Source: Bacteroidota bacterium (GTDB taxonomy: Bacteria > Bacteroidota > Bacteroidia > UKL13-3). From it: 50,923 nt of DNA. Both the position numbers and the translations under genes were made by a program. The stretch spans positions 1 through 50,923 of the forward strand of contig JAZKGH010000189.1 of NCBI GenBank assembly GCA_040386055.1, read 5' to 3'. The notes under the pieces were generated by a model. It ran no database searches, had not been told where the DNA came from, and saw only the letters and a program-made list of their open reading frames with translations. How positions within the stretch are numbered: position 1 is the stretch's first letter; every line of letters starts with the position of its first letter. Shown here piece by piece: positions 36,518 through 46,596 of the stretch.

Positions 36518-37465
36518 ATGGTACACATGAATACATCCGGAATAGCTATACATGGTGGAGCAGGAACGATTTTACGTTCCCTTATGACTCCTGAAAAAGA
36601 GGCACTATACATTAAAGGGTTACAGGATGCAATTATTGCAGGAAATGCGGTATTGGAAAAAGGCGGATCAAGCTTGGATGCAGTAGAAATTGCGGTGATG
36701 ACACTTGAAGATTTCCCCCTGTTTAATGCGGGCAAAGGTGCTGTGTTTACCAACAAGGGAACGCACGAAATGGATGCCAGCATTATGGATGGATTAACAT
36801 TGGAGGCGGGTGCCGTTAGTGGTATCAGCAATGTGCAAAATCCGGTTCATTTAGCAAAGGTGATAAAGGAAAAAAGTGGTCATGTTTTTTTATGCGGACC
36901 CGAAGCAGAAGCTTTTGCCAAACAGATGGGATTGCCGTTTCAACCGGATGCTTATTTTTATGAAGAAGGGCGCCACAAACAATGGCAGGAAGTAAAAGAC
37001 AGTAATGGCTATCAACTGGATCATACAGTGAATAGCGGTGAAGGAAAAAAGTTCGGAACCGTTGGCGCAGTGGCGTTGGATAAACATGGAAACCTAGCAG
37101 CAGCAACATCAACAGGCGGCATGACCAACAAACGTTTCGGGCGCATTGGCGACACTCCGATGATTGGCGCAGGAACGTATGCAAACAATAAAACATGTGC
37201 AATCAGTTGCACAGGACATGGTGAATATTTTATCCGTGCCGTAGTGGCTTATGATATTAGCTGTTTAATGGAATACAAAGGAATGAGCTTGAAGGAAGCA
37301 TGCGACTTTGTTGTGAAAGATAAGCTTGTAAAATTTGGTGGTGAAGGTGGATTGGTTGCGATGGATGCTATGGGAAATATTGAGTTACCCTTTAACAGCG
37401 AAGGAATGTACAGAGCGTGGAAAAAGGGAGATGGAAATATTGAGGTGAGGATTTACGAAGATTAA
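36518..37465 (+). CDS. iaaA: Isoaspartyl peptidase / L-asparaginase (Ntn hydrolase).
   Basis: It reads IAIHGGAG...FNAGKGAVF...GTVGAVALD.HGNLAAATSTGGMTNK..GRIGDTP.IGAGTYA. The autocleavage Thr lies in GTVGAV. Confidence 0.9.
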   Translation: MVHMNTSGIAIHGGAGTILRSLMTPEKEALYIKGLQDAIIAGNAVLEKGGSSLDAVEIAVMTLEDFPLFNAGKGAVFTNKGTHEMDASIMDGLTLEAGAVSGISNVQNPVHLAKVIKEKSGHVFLCGPEAEAFAKQMGLPFQPDAYFYEEGRHKQWQEVKDSNGYQLDHTVNSGEGKKFGTVGAVALDKHGNLAAATSTGGMTNKRFGRIGDTPMIGAGTYANNKTCAISCTGHGEYFIRAVVAYDISCLMEYKGMSLKEACDFVVKDKLVKFGGEGGLVAMDAMGNIELPFNSEGMYRAWKKGDGNIEVRIYED

Positions 37466-37524
37466 TCAATCGCTATTTTCATTGCTCAGGGTTTAAACCC
37501 TTATGCTATGTACAATGGATATAA

Positions 37525-37580
37525 CTGATATGAATAAAAAATGCGCTCCCCAATGGAAGCGCATTTTTTATTCATATCAG
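37525..37580. terminator. Bidirectional terminator made of a perfect 23-bp inverted repeat.
   Basis: The sequence is ctgatatgaataaaaaatgcgct-ccccaatgga-agcgcattttttattcatatcag. The GC core is flanked by A and T runs on both strands. It lies between the convergent genes iaaA and cphB. Confidence 0.75.
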
Positions 37581-37587
37581 AGTGATG

Positions 37588-38457
37588 TTAAGCAGTCACT
37601 TCTTCACTCGCAATAAACTTGCGCTCTTTCAATAAATACTGATTGCCTCTTACAAGGATGCTCACACGTAAGTTTTCTACTGCAATGGGTTCGCCCATGC
37701 CAACTTCGGTAATATTGCTGTGACGTATATCTTTTCCATCTACAATAACCACAGCACCGCTACCCACTACCTCCAAATTGGTACCACCTGTTACAATTAT
37801 ACCGGTATCTTCACCCAACCCTATTCCGGTACATTGCGGATTGCTGGCTACGGCTTGTGCCAAACGGTTAAAACGACCACGTTTGTCGAAATGTGAATCA
37901 ATAATCACGTTGGCCATAAACGCCAAACCGGTTGTGATTTTTACTTCACCTTTTAAGTGCGCCAACTCACTTTTGCCTTGATAGATCATGGTATTGCTCA
38001 TAGCCATTGCACCCGCACTGGTTCCTGCAATTACAAATCCTTCTTCATTCCAATAACGTTCGTGTAAAATGGTATAGATATCGGTGCCGCCAAAAATGCT
38101 GGTTAAACGCAACTGATCGCCTCCGCTAAACATAATACCATCCGCTTCTTTTACACGCTGAATATATTCTTCGTTGAATACATCTTCGCGTTTACGTATA
38201 TCCAATACACCCACATTTACGCACCCTATTTTACCAAATGCTTCCTGATAGTTTGCACCTACTTCAGTAGGAATGGAAGATGCTGTGGTGATAACTTCAA
38301 TACGTTTTTCAACGCCACCCACTTCATCCACAAAACGTTTTAAAATGCCAAGCTCGAAAAAATTGAGTCGGTTTCGCTGTATAAAGCCTTGCTCTAAGTC
38401 TGTTCCCTTATCTTCTGCACCGCCTACAGAAATCAGTTTTCCTTTAGGATATTCCAA
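37588..38457 (-). CDS. cphB: Cyanophycinase (peptidase S51).
   Basis: It reads LISVGGAEDKG...GIMFSGGDQLRL...VIAGTSAGAMAMS (Ser nucleophile) ...IIDSHF..RGR..RL, the cyanophycinase pattern. Confidence 0.9.
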   Translation of the reverse strand: MEYPKGKLISVGGAEDKGTDLEQGFIQRNRLNFFELGILKRFVDEVGGVEKRIEVITTASSIPTEVGANYQEAFGKIGCVNVGVLDIRKREDVFNEEYIQRVKEADGIMFSGGDQLRLTSIFGGTDIYTILHERYWNEEGFVIAGTSAGAMAMSNTMIYQGKSELAHLKGEVKITTGLAFMANVIIDSHFDKRGRFNRLAQAVASNPQCTGIGLGEDTGIIVTGGTNLEVVGSGAVVIVDGKDIRHSNITEVGMGEPIAVENLRVSILVRGNQYLLKERKFIASEEVTA

Positions 38458-38557
38458 AATGATGTTACTAAATGATCAGGTGGCAAAGAAAATCAAATTC
38501 CCAGAATAGAACAGTTTATAACATAACTTTTAGTTAACAATTAGATTAAACATGTAT

Positions 38558-39019
38558 TTAATGGGAAACACTGATCCTTAAAGGCTTTATATACAGGTAT
38601 TTTGAACGGCCAGTGGAAAGGTAATACAAAAAAGATTTCCCCTTAGTAAGTACCACATCACGCACAACCCAAATTGCCAAAAGCAACCCCAAGGCAATAG
38701 GTGTAATAGTTTCATACATAAGGATGCTACCCAAAAGAACTCCAAAGCCAAGTATACTAAGGATTTTCTGATAGTTGTTGATTGTAATCGAGCACCCTAT
38801 TTCCAGAGTTTGAACGTCTTGGTCTCCAAGGCTAATGATATATTCCTCACTGCACACCCAGTCAACTTTGGCCCTGATAATGTAGGTTCCCGCACTTAAT
38901 GTGAGGGTTTTCTGTTCATTGTATCCTAATTGTATCATTTCCTGTCCGTTTACCAAAACCCTATAGTTTCGCAAACGGTTGATGAACTGATGGGCTCTGT
39001 TGATGGTTAAAGTAGCCAT
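38558..39019 (-). CDS. Hypothetical membrane protein.
   Basis: It has an N-terminal beta-rich ~85 aa followed by two hydrophobic helices. It starts 2 nt after the esterase stop. No domain was recognised. Confidence 0.45.
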   Translation of the reverse strand: MATLTINRAHQFINRLRNYRVLVNGQEMIQLGYNEQKTLTLSAGTYIIRAKVDWVCSEEYIISLGDQDVQTLEIGCSITINNYQKILSILGFGVLLGSILMYETITPIALGLLLAIWVVRDVVLTKGKSFLYYLSTGRSKYLYIKPLRISVSH

Positions 39020-39021
39020 AA

Positions 39022-40920
39022 TTATTTGCGGATTAATAATTTTTGAACAATTGATTGGCCACCAAAGGTCAATTGCGCCATATATAAACCTTCCGGAATA
39101 TCAGTCAAGGCGATGCGATGTTCGCGACTATTAATGGTTTGTTGTGAAACAATTTTACCGGTGATATCCATGATGGTGATATCACCTGATGCACCCGCAG
39201 GTATCTCAATAGATACATATTCATTTGCCGGATTCGGATACATTGTGAAAGAAGTATTCTTAACTGTTGTTTCATGCACCGAAACATAAGAACCTCCAAA
39301 GCTTAAGTTGTCAAGATAAAGTAAACCACCCATACCCGAAATACTATTGAATTTGAAGATAGCTTTATCGGCAGTAGCAAAATTGGTAAGATCAATAGTT
39401 TCGGTTCTCCATTCATCAGCTTTAGGTGTAAAAATACAAGCCTGCAAACTAAGTGCGTTTACAATGGGTTCCATTCTAGTGGCTAATTGCTGTCCGCCTT
39501 TTTTGTATATACTGGTAAATGTTGCTCCGCAATCGGTTGAGATAAGCACTTCAAGTGTATCTGCAAAATTGGTTTCAGAGGCTATATAAGGGGGAGTATA
39601 TCTATAATAAGTAAAGGCGAGATCCAAGTTGAGTTCCTTTTTGCTAAGCGCAGCAATATTGACAGCAGGCAATGAAAAACTTTCAATGGCATTGCGGGAG
39701 TAAAATAATAAGGCTGTATTAAAAGATGACATGGAATTTTGTCCCGATTTGCTAACCTCATCATCTATATACCATTCGAACACACTGCCGGAAGGATGGA
39801 AATACCAGGTGTTTGAAGTGTCGTCAAACGTTTGTGTGACGATGGATTTAGCCGCTCCCGTTGCCACATCAATTGCCAGTTCCAGTTTATTGTTGGAAAG
39901 AATTGAATCAGCTGGAGTATCATTTACACCGGTAATTGAAGCAGTAAACAGATACTGGCCATTGTTAGGTAGGTTTAATGATAATGGAACCATGGCATAG
40001 TGATTTGGCAGAATGGTTCCTGTCCATTGCTGAACGGTTGAAGCATTGCCGGTAGAAAGTGTAATGCTCAGAGAATGGATGATGGAATCCCCGTTGTTGC
40101 GCACAAAGCCTGTTGTTTGCAGGTTGTTTGAGCAAAAATGTTGTTGGTCATCAAAATCAAATAGATCGGCATCCAGATGAGGAACATTGCGGTTTATCAG
40201 AAACGAATAACTTTTTTGGGTGATGGTACTGTTGGGAATAGTATGTCCTACATTGGGAACAGATTCAAATTGTACGGGTGCATTGTTCTTTTTTAAGATC
40301 TCTACCAGTGCGGAGATTTGAGCGGTGTATGTGAAATCAGATTCTCCAACAGTGATAAACATAGGCAAGAACTCGGCATTGTCATAGCTGAACTGAAGAC
40401 TTGCGATTGAGTCGTTTTGCACATCCTTCAACCCTTGCATAGCCGGTGTATTCAATAGTAAAGCTTTAAACCACTCCGGATGATCCAGGCCATATTTTAG
40501 TGCACTGCGTCCACCGAGTGAAAAACCTTGAAGGACTACGGCTTGTGTATCGATAGTGTATTTGGTTTTTGCAAATTCTATGGAAGCTTTGACGATTTCC
40601 TGATCACCTTTGGGTTGGTAGAAATCTTTGTTTGCATCAGAACCTCCGTCAGGACAAACAAAAATAGTATTTGGGTAAATGGCAGGCCAGTTGAATGAAG
40701 TGATTAAAGCATTGCGGTAGTTGGTGCTATTGTCGCCCAAACCATGCAAACAAATCATCAGCCGGTAAGCCTGGGTAGAATCATAGTTTGAAGGAACATA
40801 ACAAGAAAGTGTTCTGTTTTCTGCATTGAAGGGAATGGTAGTATTAAATGATCCTGTTTGTGCAGAGGCAGTCATCAGTGTGATGACAAGCAGTGTGAAG
40901 AAGGTGGTTAATGTTTTCAT
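39022..40920 (-). CDS. Secreted esterase (alpha/beta hydrolase, phospholipase/carboxylesterase-like) with a T9SS C-terminal sorting domain.
   Basis: It has a signal peptide, then LHGLGDNSTNY, GFSLGGRSA (GxSxG) and VGHTIP. The C-terminal segment reads FTMYPNPANEYVSIEI...GLYMAQL...KLLIRK, as expected for a Por/T9SS secretion tail. Confidence 0.75.
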   Translation of the reverse strand: MKTLTTFFTLLVITLMTASAQTGSFNTTIPFNAENRTLSCYVPSNYDSTQAYRLMICLHGLGDNSTNYRNALITSFNWPAIYPNTIFVCPDGGSDANKDFYQPKGDQEIVKASIEFAKTKYTIDTQAVVLQGFSLGGRSALKYGLDHPEWFKALLLNTPAMQGLKDVQNDSIASLQFSYDNAEFLPMFITVGESDFTYTAQISALVEILKKNNAPVQFESVPNVGHTIPNSTITQKSYSFLINRNVPHLDADLFDFDDQQHFCSNNLQTTGFVRNNGDSIIHSLSITLSTGNASTVQQWTGTILPNHYAMVPLSLNLPNNGQYLFTASITGVNDTPADSILSNNKLELAIDVATGAAKSIVTQTFDDTSNTWYFHPSGSVFEWYIDDEVSKSGQNSMSSFNTALLFYSRNAIESFSLPAVNIAALSKKELNLDLAFTYYRYTPPYIASETNFADTLEVLISTDCGATFTSIYKKGGQQLATRMEPIVNALSLQACIFTPKADEWRTETIDLTNFATADKAIFKFNSISGMGGLLYLDNLSFGGSYVSVHETTVKNTSFTMYPNPANEYVSIEIPAGASGDITIMDITGKIVSQQTINSREHRIALTDIPEGLYMAQLTFGGQSIVQKLLIRK

Positions 40921-41036
40921 GTGAGGTAGTGATTTGATGATTCAAAACTACTTTCACAACGCACCTATATTTATGACAATTTGTGGTTGAGCGTTTTCAG
41001 TTTGTAATTGGCCATACTCATTTGGTATCACACTTT

Positions 41037-42848
41037 CTATTGGTAAGGAATAATGAGCACGACTTTTGTTCCGATGGCTTCGCTGTTATTCTTGAGATCC
41101 GTAATCGTGATCGAGACATCTACACCCGTTTCTTTTTGTAACACATTTAAACGCTCCTGAATGTTAGGGATTGCAGCCGATTGATAATGGATATTTTTGC
41201 CGGCTTTTATCTCTGCAGCACGTTCTCTGCCCACGCCATTGTCGGTAATTTCACATACAATTGTTTCACCTTCCAGTTTGAATTGCAATAGCAATGTTCC
41301 TTTGTCATCGTTGCGGTTGATTAACCCATGTCCAATAGCATTTTCAATAATCGGTTGAATCAGCATTCCCGGAATTTCATACACTCCGTTCCCTAATTCA
41401 CTATCTAATTTTAGGGTGTAATGAAACTTGTTGTTAAAACGAATGGCCTCCAGCTCCATGTATAGTTTCAGTTGTTCCAATTCATCTTCAAGCGGAATAA
41501 ATGTTTTGGCTGAATTTTCCATTACCAGACGTAGCAGTTTGGCAAAATTGGAAAGGTATTCGTATGCCTGTTCCCGCTGGTTATTCATTACAAAATGCTG
41601 GGCTGTATTGATGCAGTTGAAGATAAAATGCGGGTTCATCTGCGCGCGCAAGGCAAACATTTTGGCTTCGGCAATCTTGGTATTGAGAACTGAATGTTCA
41701 ATTTTTTCGCGCTGGTTTCTTCGCAACCATACCCATCCTATTACCACGCCAAACAAGAGCAATACGGCTACAGAACCTATAGTATATAAAGTGAATAGTT
41801 GTGCTTTGTTTTCAGCATCGAGTTTTTGGGTAGAGAGCTGTTCAATTTGCAATGCCTGTTCGGTATGCTGATACTTGGCTTCCATCTCAGCAACGGCCTG
41901 TGCGTTGTTGCTGCTGTCAACCGATAGTTTCAATTCAAGATACTGTTGAAGTGCTTCAAATGCTTGTTCGTACTTTTTTTGTTCGGAGAGAATATTACTA
42001 AGCAACATTTTTCCTTCAAGGAGTAACTCTGTTTGCCCTATGGCCTCTGCACCTTCCAGGCCTTTTTGTACTTCGGAATAAGCTTTGGTTAATGCTCCTG
42101 TTTGTCCGTACAAATTAGCCAACCCCAGGCGAACCATCGGAGGCACTTTACCTAATTCTGTTTTGGTTTCGAATGTTGTGATCGCCAGTTCCAGATAATA
42201 TTTGGCACTATCCATTTCTCCAAGGTCCAGATAAGAGGAACCAATATTAAAGTAGGAATACCCGACCCAGTAATAGTCCTTTCTGCTTAACCGGATAGCC
42301 AGCGATTGACGATAATATCCGATGGCCTCTTTGGTTTTATGCGTACTTACTGCACCCATATTGTTGAGCACCATTTCTAACCTGCTGGTATCTTTTAATC
42401 TGATAAACTCAGCTCGCGCAAGTTTCAGATATTGCATGGCCAGATCTGAGCGGCCAAACCGACTGTTTACTAATCCCAGCCGGTTCATGGTTTGTGCAAT
42501 ACCCGATGCATCCGGAATCGCTTTTTGTTTAGACAAGGCCTCGTGCAATAACCGTAAACTGGCTTCGTATTTGGATTCAAAACAATAGTAGTAGGCGCGT
42601 AAGGATTGAGCTCTGTATCTTCCCAAATCAAATTGTGTTCCGCAGGAGTCTTCATACTTCAATAGCATTTGAACAGCTGAGTCGCGGTTTAAGCCTGATA
42701 CTTTATTGATATACTTTAAGTAATAATCGCATTTGAGCTGAGGGTCTTTTTCATTGATAGAAACCTGCAATAAACTATCCAATGTTCCCGCGCGAAGCGA
42801 ACAAAACGGTAAGAGTAACAGCACCCCGATCCATGTATATTTTTTCAT
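41037..42848 (-). CDS. TPR-containing sensor histidine kinase of the LytS/YehU type (His_kinase PF06580-like).
   Basis: It has the signal/anchor MKKYTWIGVLLLLPF, about 300 aa of TPR-like repeats, a coiled coil, a transmembrane helix (LFTLYTIGSVAVLLLFGVVIGWVWL), then LRAQMNPHFIFNCINT and an ATPase domain (ENAIGHG...DNGVG). The ORF extends to 42926, so the true start could be there, 7 nt after the LytTR gene. Confidence 0.85.
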   Translation of the reverse strand: MKKYTWIGVLLLLPFCSLRAGTLDSLLQVSINEKDPQLKCDYYLKYINKVSGLNRDSAVQMLLKYEDSCGTQFDLGRYRAQSLRAYYYCFESKYEASLRLLHEALSKQKAIPDASGIAQTMNRLGLVNSRFGRSDLAMQYLKLARAEFIRLKDTSRLEMVLNNMGAVSTHKTKEAIGYYRQSLAIRLSRKDYYWVGYSYFNIGSSYLDLGEMDSAKYYLELAITTFETKTELGKVPPMVRLGLANLYGQTGALTKAYSEVQKGLEGAEAIGQTELLLEGKMLLSNILSEQKKYEQAFEALQQYLELKLSVDSSNNAQAVAEMEAKYQHTEQALQIEQLSTQKLDAENKAQLFTLYTIGSVAVLLLFGVVIGWVWLRRNQREKIEHSVLNTKIAEAKMFALRAQMNPHFIFNCINTAQHFVMNNQREQAYEYLSNFAKLLRLVMENSAKTFIPLEDELEQLKLYMELEAIRFNNKFHYTLKLDSELGNGVYEIPGMLIQPIIENAIGHGLINRNDDKGTLLLQFKLEGETIVCEITDNGVGRERAAEIKAGKNIHYQSAAIPNIQERLNVLQKETGVDVSITITDLKNNSEAIGTKVVLIIPYQ

Positions 42849-42933
42849 CGCAGTAAAATTCAGCATTTCATAGGGTAACAATGTTGCAAATTTGTAGATA
42901 ATCGTTTTCAGTTTGTAATCGGACATGTGAATG

Positions 42934-43692
42934 TTATTTTAAAGCCAGCATTTCCATAAACTCATCCTTACGGCTTTTTGAAATACTAAACTCTTCATTA
43001 TCCTCCATAATTACCGAACCACCGGCCGATTTACTAATGCGCTTGATGTATTTTATATTGATAAGTGTGGAGTTGTGAATACGGAAAAAACCGTATCCAT
43101 CCAGAATGCTTTCATAAAACTTGAGACTTTTGGAAGTTGTGAGTTTTTGCCCACCACGCAAATAAAAGATGGTATAGCTTCCATCGGCAGTGAGGTAATA
43201 AATATCCTTGATGGCAATAAAATCATACCCTTCGGCAATGGATACCGTAATTTTATGTTCACTTTTATCGGGAGTGAGAAAATTGCCGAACATCTGTTTC
43301 ACCTTTTGATTTTCTTCTGATACCTTGGGTTGCTGTTCTGTTTTTTGCAGCAACGATTTTAAATCCGAAATGCTCGCTGGCTTGATGATATAATCTATGG
43401 CAGAGAATTTAATGGCCTTCAGTGCAAATTCTTCATGAGCCGTAACAAATGCAACATGGAAGTTTACCTCATTAAATTTTTCCAGCAATTGAAAGCCATT
43501 TTCACTACCCATTTCAATATCCAGAAACACCAGTTGAGGTTTGGTTTCCACAATGCGACTGTAGGCATCCTGAATATTGGTTGCTGTACCTACTACCTGT
43601 ATATGATCAAAAAAGCCCGTAAGGGTTTTGGTCAGCGTATCAATAGCGCGTTGTTCATCATCTACAATAAATACTGTGAGAGGGTGTTCCAT
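42934..43692 (-). CDS. LytR/AlgR family response regulator (REC plus LytTR DNA-binding domain).
   Basis: The receiver reads VFIVDDE...LVFLDIEMGSENG...VTAHEEF...DYIIKP. The C-terminal LytTR region reads FFRIHNSTLINIKYI. Confidence 0.9.
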   Translation of the reverse strand: MEHPLTVFIVDDEQRAIDTLTKTLTGFFDHIQVVGTATNIQDAYSRIVETKPQLVFLDIEMGSENGFQLLEKFNEVNFHVAFVTAHEEFALKAIKFSAIDYIIKPASISDLKSLLQKTEQQPKVSEENQKVKQMFGNFLTPDKSEHKITVSIAEGYDFIAIKDIYYLTADGSYTIFYLRGGQKLTTSKSLKFYESILDGYGFFRIHNSTLINIKYIKRISKSAGGSVIMEDNEEFSISKSRKDEFMEMLALK

Positions 43693-43891
43693 GGTTTAGC
43701 TTTATGCAATAAAAATAGTTGTTCGTAATCAATTCACCAATTGCAATATACGAAGGTCGGGGCTTTCCATTTTATAAAGTCCAGTGACTACAAGCTTTAA
43801 GGCAGAAACTAAAACCCTTATAAAAGTTAGTTTTTTACGAAAAAAACCGTAAACTGCATATGACTTATCTATTGTTCATTTCTTAATCTGA

Positions 43892-46543
43892 ATGCTTATG
43901 CAAATCCTCGACATTAAAGTAATGCGTGGCCCCAATTACTGGTCTGTTCGCAGACATAAACTGATTCAAATGCGCCTCGATCTGGAGGACATGGAACAGA
44001 AACCTACCAACAAAATTCCCGGATTCAGAGAACGTCTAGAAAAGTTGTTTCCGAGTATGTACGGACACCGTTGTTCAGTTGGAACTCCGGGCGGATTTTT
44101 TCAACGTGTGGATGACGGAACATGGATGGGACATGTGATTGAACATATTGCATTAGAATTACAAACACTTGCCGGAATGTTCTGCGGTTTTGGCCGCACA
44201 CGCAGCACAGGAAAAGAAGGAGTATATAATGTAGTGTTTAGTTACATGGAAGAAAAAGCGGGAATTTATACCGCGAAAGCAGCTGTAAGAATTACAGAAG
44301 CATTGATTGCCGGAACGGATTATGATTTATCAGAGGATATTCAAAACCTGCGTGTGATTCGTGAAGAAGAACGCCTTGGTCCAAGTACAGGTTGTATTGT
44401 TGATGAAGCTGTAGCACGGGGTATTCCTTATATCCGTTTAAACAAACATTCATTGGTGCAATTGGGATATGGTGTGAATCAGCGCAGAATTCGCGCAACC
44501 ATTGCAAGCACTACAGGGAGTATTGCTGTTGATATTGCCTGCAATAAAGAAGAAACGAAAAACTTATTGGAAGCGGCTGAAATTCCGGTACCACGTGGTC
44601 GTATTGTGTACAGCGAAGAGGGAATGAAAGAAGCTATCGATCGTATCAAGTATCCGATTGTAACCAAACCCGTAGATGGAAATCATGGTAAAGGTGCCAC
44701 TACAAATATCACCAATTGGGAAGATGCAGTAAAAGGATTGGAAGCAGCCAAAAAATATTCGCGTGGTGTGATCGTAGAGAAATTTATTACGGGACAAGAT
44801 CACCGAGTATTGGTGATTAACTACAAGTTCGTTGCCGCTGCTATTCGTAAACCCGCTGCTGTTATGGGTGATGGCAAAAGCACCATTCAGGAGTTGATCG
44901 ATAAAGTGAACGAAGATCCGCGCAGAGGATACGGTCACGAAAAAACCTTAACACAAATTAAGGTGGATGAGTTCACCATGAATATGCTCACAAAAGAGAA
45001 CCTGACATTGGACAGTGTGTTACCTGCAGGCAAGGAACAATGGCTGAAACCAACAGCAAATTTAAGTACGGGAGGAACAGCAACTGATGTTACCGACCTC
45101 GTGCATCCCGATAATATTTTTATGTGCGAACGTATTGCACGCATTATCGGATTGGATATTTGCGGCATCGATATCATGGGCGAAAATTTAACGGAACCGG
45201 TGAGTGAAAACGGTGGCGCAATTCTGGAAGTAAATGCTGCTCCGGGTTTCCGCATGCATATTGATCCGGCCGAAGGATTACCACGTAATATTGCCGAACC
45301 TGTAATTGATATGTTGTATCCTCCGGGGAGCAGTGCACGCATTCCGATCATTGCAGTGGCAGGAACCAATGGTAAAACAACCACTACGCGATTAATGGCA
45401 CACATGGCCAAAACCATGGGCTATAAAGTAGGGTTTACCACTACCGATGGTGTATATATTCAAAATCAGTTGATGATGCGCGGTGATTGCACCGGACCGG
45501 TAAGTGCAGAGTTTGTGTTGAAAGATCCAACCGTTGATTTTGCTGTACTGGAATGTGCACGTGGTGGAATTCTGCGCGCAGGTTTGGGCTTTCACAATTG
45601 CGACATGGCCATTGTGACCAATGTGGATGAAGATCACCTCGGCTTGCAAGATATTGATACCATTGAACAACTGGCCCGCGTAAAAGCTGTAGTTCCAGAT
45701 AGTGTGTTGCCAAGCGGTTATGCTATTTTAAATGCGGATAACAAATGGACTGCTGCCATGCACAAAGGACTGGCTTGTAAAGTTGCCTACTTCAGTATGG
45801 ATGAAAACAATCCGATCATTAAGGAGCATATAAACGGTGGCGGATTGGCCGCTATTTATGAAAACGGGTACGTTACTATTTGCAAAGGCACCTGGAAAAT
45901 TCGTGTAGAGAAAGCAGTGAATATTCCGCTTACGTTTGGCGGACGCGCTGCCTACAATATTGCCAATGTGTTGCCAACGGTTTTGGCCGGATTCATCCGC
46001 AACTATAAAGTTGAAGATATGCGTGTGGCCTTGGCTACATTCATTCCGGGTCCGGCACAAACTCCGGGTCGCATGAATATTTTCCGCTTCAAACATTTTG
46101 AGGTGATGATAGATTACGCACACAACACTGCAGGCTTTGAAGCCATTGGCGAAATGCTGGCTAAGATAGAAGCCAAACACGTTGGCGTTATAGCCGGTGT
46201 GGGCGACAGACGCGATGAGGATACCATAGCACTGGGTGCACAAGCGGCTAAAATGTTTGAGGAAATTATCATACGCCAGGATAAAAACCTGCGGGGTAAA
46301 ACAGAAGATGAAATTATTGATTTGATTAAACAAGGTATTCATTCGGTTGACCCGGGTAAAAAAGTAACCTCTTTTAAAAAGGAAAGAGATGCCATCGACT
46401 TTGCCATCAAAAATGCGCGTAAAGGAACATTCCTCACCATATGCAGCGATGTAGTACCCGATGCATTAGATCAGATCATGAAGTTGAAAGAGCAGGAAGA
46501 TTTGGGAGAGATTGAGTTAGGATTGGAAGAGGCGAGTGCTTGA
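43892..46543 (+). CDS. cphA: Cyanophycin synthetase.
   Basis: This 883-aa protein has the N-domain ILDIKVMRGPNYWS, an ATP-grasp domain (PIVTKP.DGNHGKG...) and a Mur-ligase-like M domain (AVAGTNGKTTTTRL...DYAHN). Confidence 0.95.
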   Translation: MLMQILDIKVMRGPNYWSVRRHKLIQMRLDLEDMEQKPTNKIPGFRERLEKLFPSMYGHRCSVGTPGGFFQRVDDGTWMGHVIEHIALELQTLAGMFCGFGRTRSTGKEGVYNVVFSYMEEKAGIYTAKAAVRITEALIAGTDYDLSEDIQNLRVIREEERLGPSTGCIVDEAVARGIPYIRLNKHSLVQLGYGVNQRRIRATIASTTGSIAVDIACNKEETKNLLEAAEIPVPRGRIVYSEEGMKEAIDRIKYPIVTKPVDGNHGKGATTNITNWEDAVKGLEAAKKYSRGVIVEKFITGQDHRVLVINYKFVAAAIRKPAAVMGDGKSTIQELIDKVNEDPRRGYGHEKTLTQIKVDEFTMNMLTKENLTLDSVLPAGKEQWLKPTANLSTGGTATDVTDLVHPDNIFMCERIARIIGLDICGIDIMGENLTEPVSENGGAILEVNAAPGFRMHIDPAEGLPRNIAEPVIDMLYPPGSSARIPIIAVAGTNGKTTTTRLMAHMAKTMGYKVGFTTTDGVYIQNQLMMRGDCTGPVSAEFVLKDPTVDFAVLECARGGILRAGLGFHNCDMAIVTNVDEDHLGLQDIDTIEQLARVKAVVPDSVLPSGYAILNADNKWTAAMHKGLACKVAYFSMDENNPIIKEHINGGGLAAIYENGYVTICKGTWKIRVEKAVNIPLTFGGRAAYNIANVLPTVLAGFIRNYKVEDMRVALATFIPGPAQTPGRMNIFRFKHFEVMIDYAHNTAGFEAIGEMLAKIEAKHVGVIAGVGDRRDEDTIALGAQAAKMFEEIIIRQDKNLRGKTEDEIIDLIKQGIHSVDPGKKVTSFKKERDAIDFAIKNARKGTFLTICSDVVPDALDQIMKLKEQEDLGEIELGLEEASA

Positions 46544-46596
46544 GGGAAGTTGATTAGTTAATAGTGTTGATTGGTTGATAAGGTTAGCATTATGCT

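Noticed and set aside
44935-46342. Several long - strand ORFs (160 aa, 92 aa, 90 aa, 204 aa) inside cphA.
   Set aside because: All are antisense to an uninterrupted 883-aa cyanophycin synthetase with canonical ATP-grasp and Mur-ligase motifs. None has motifs of its own.
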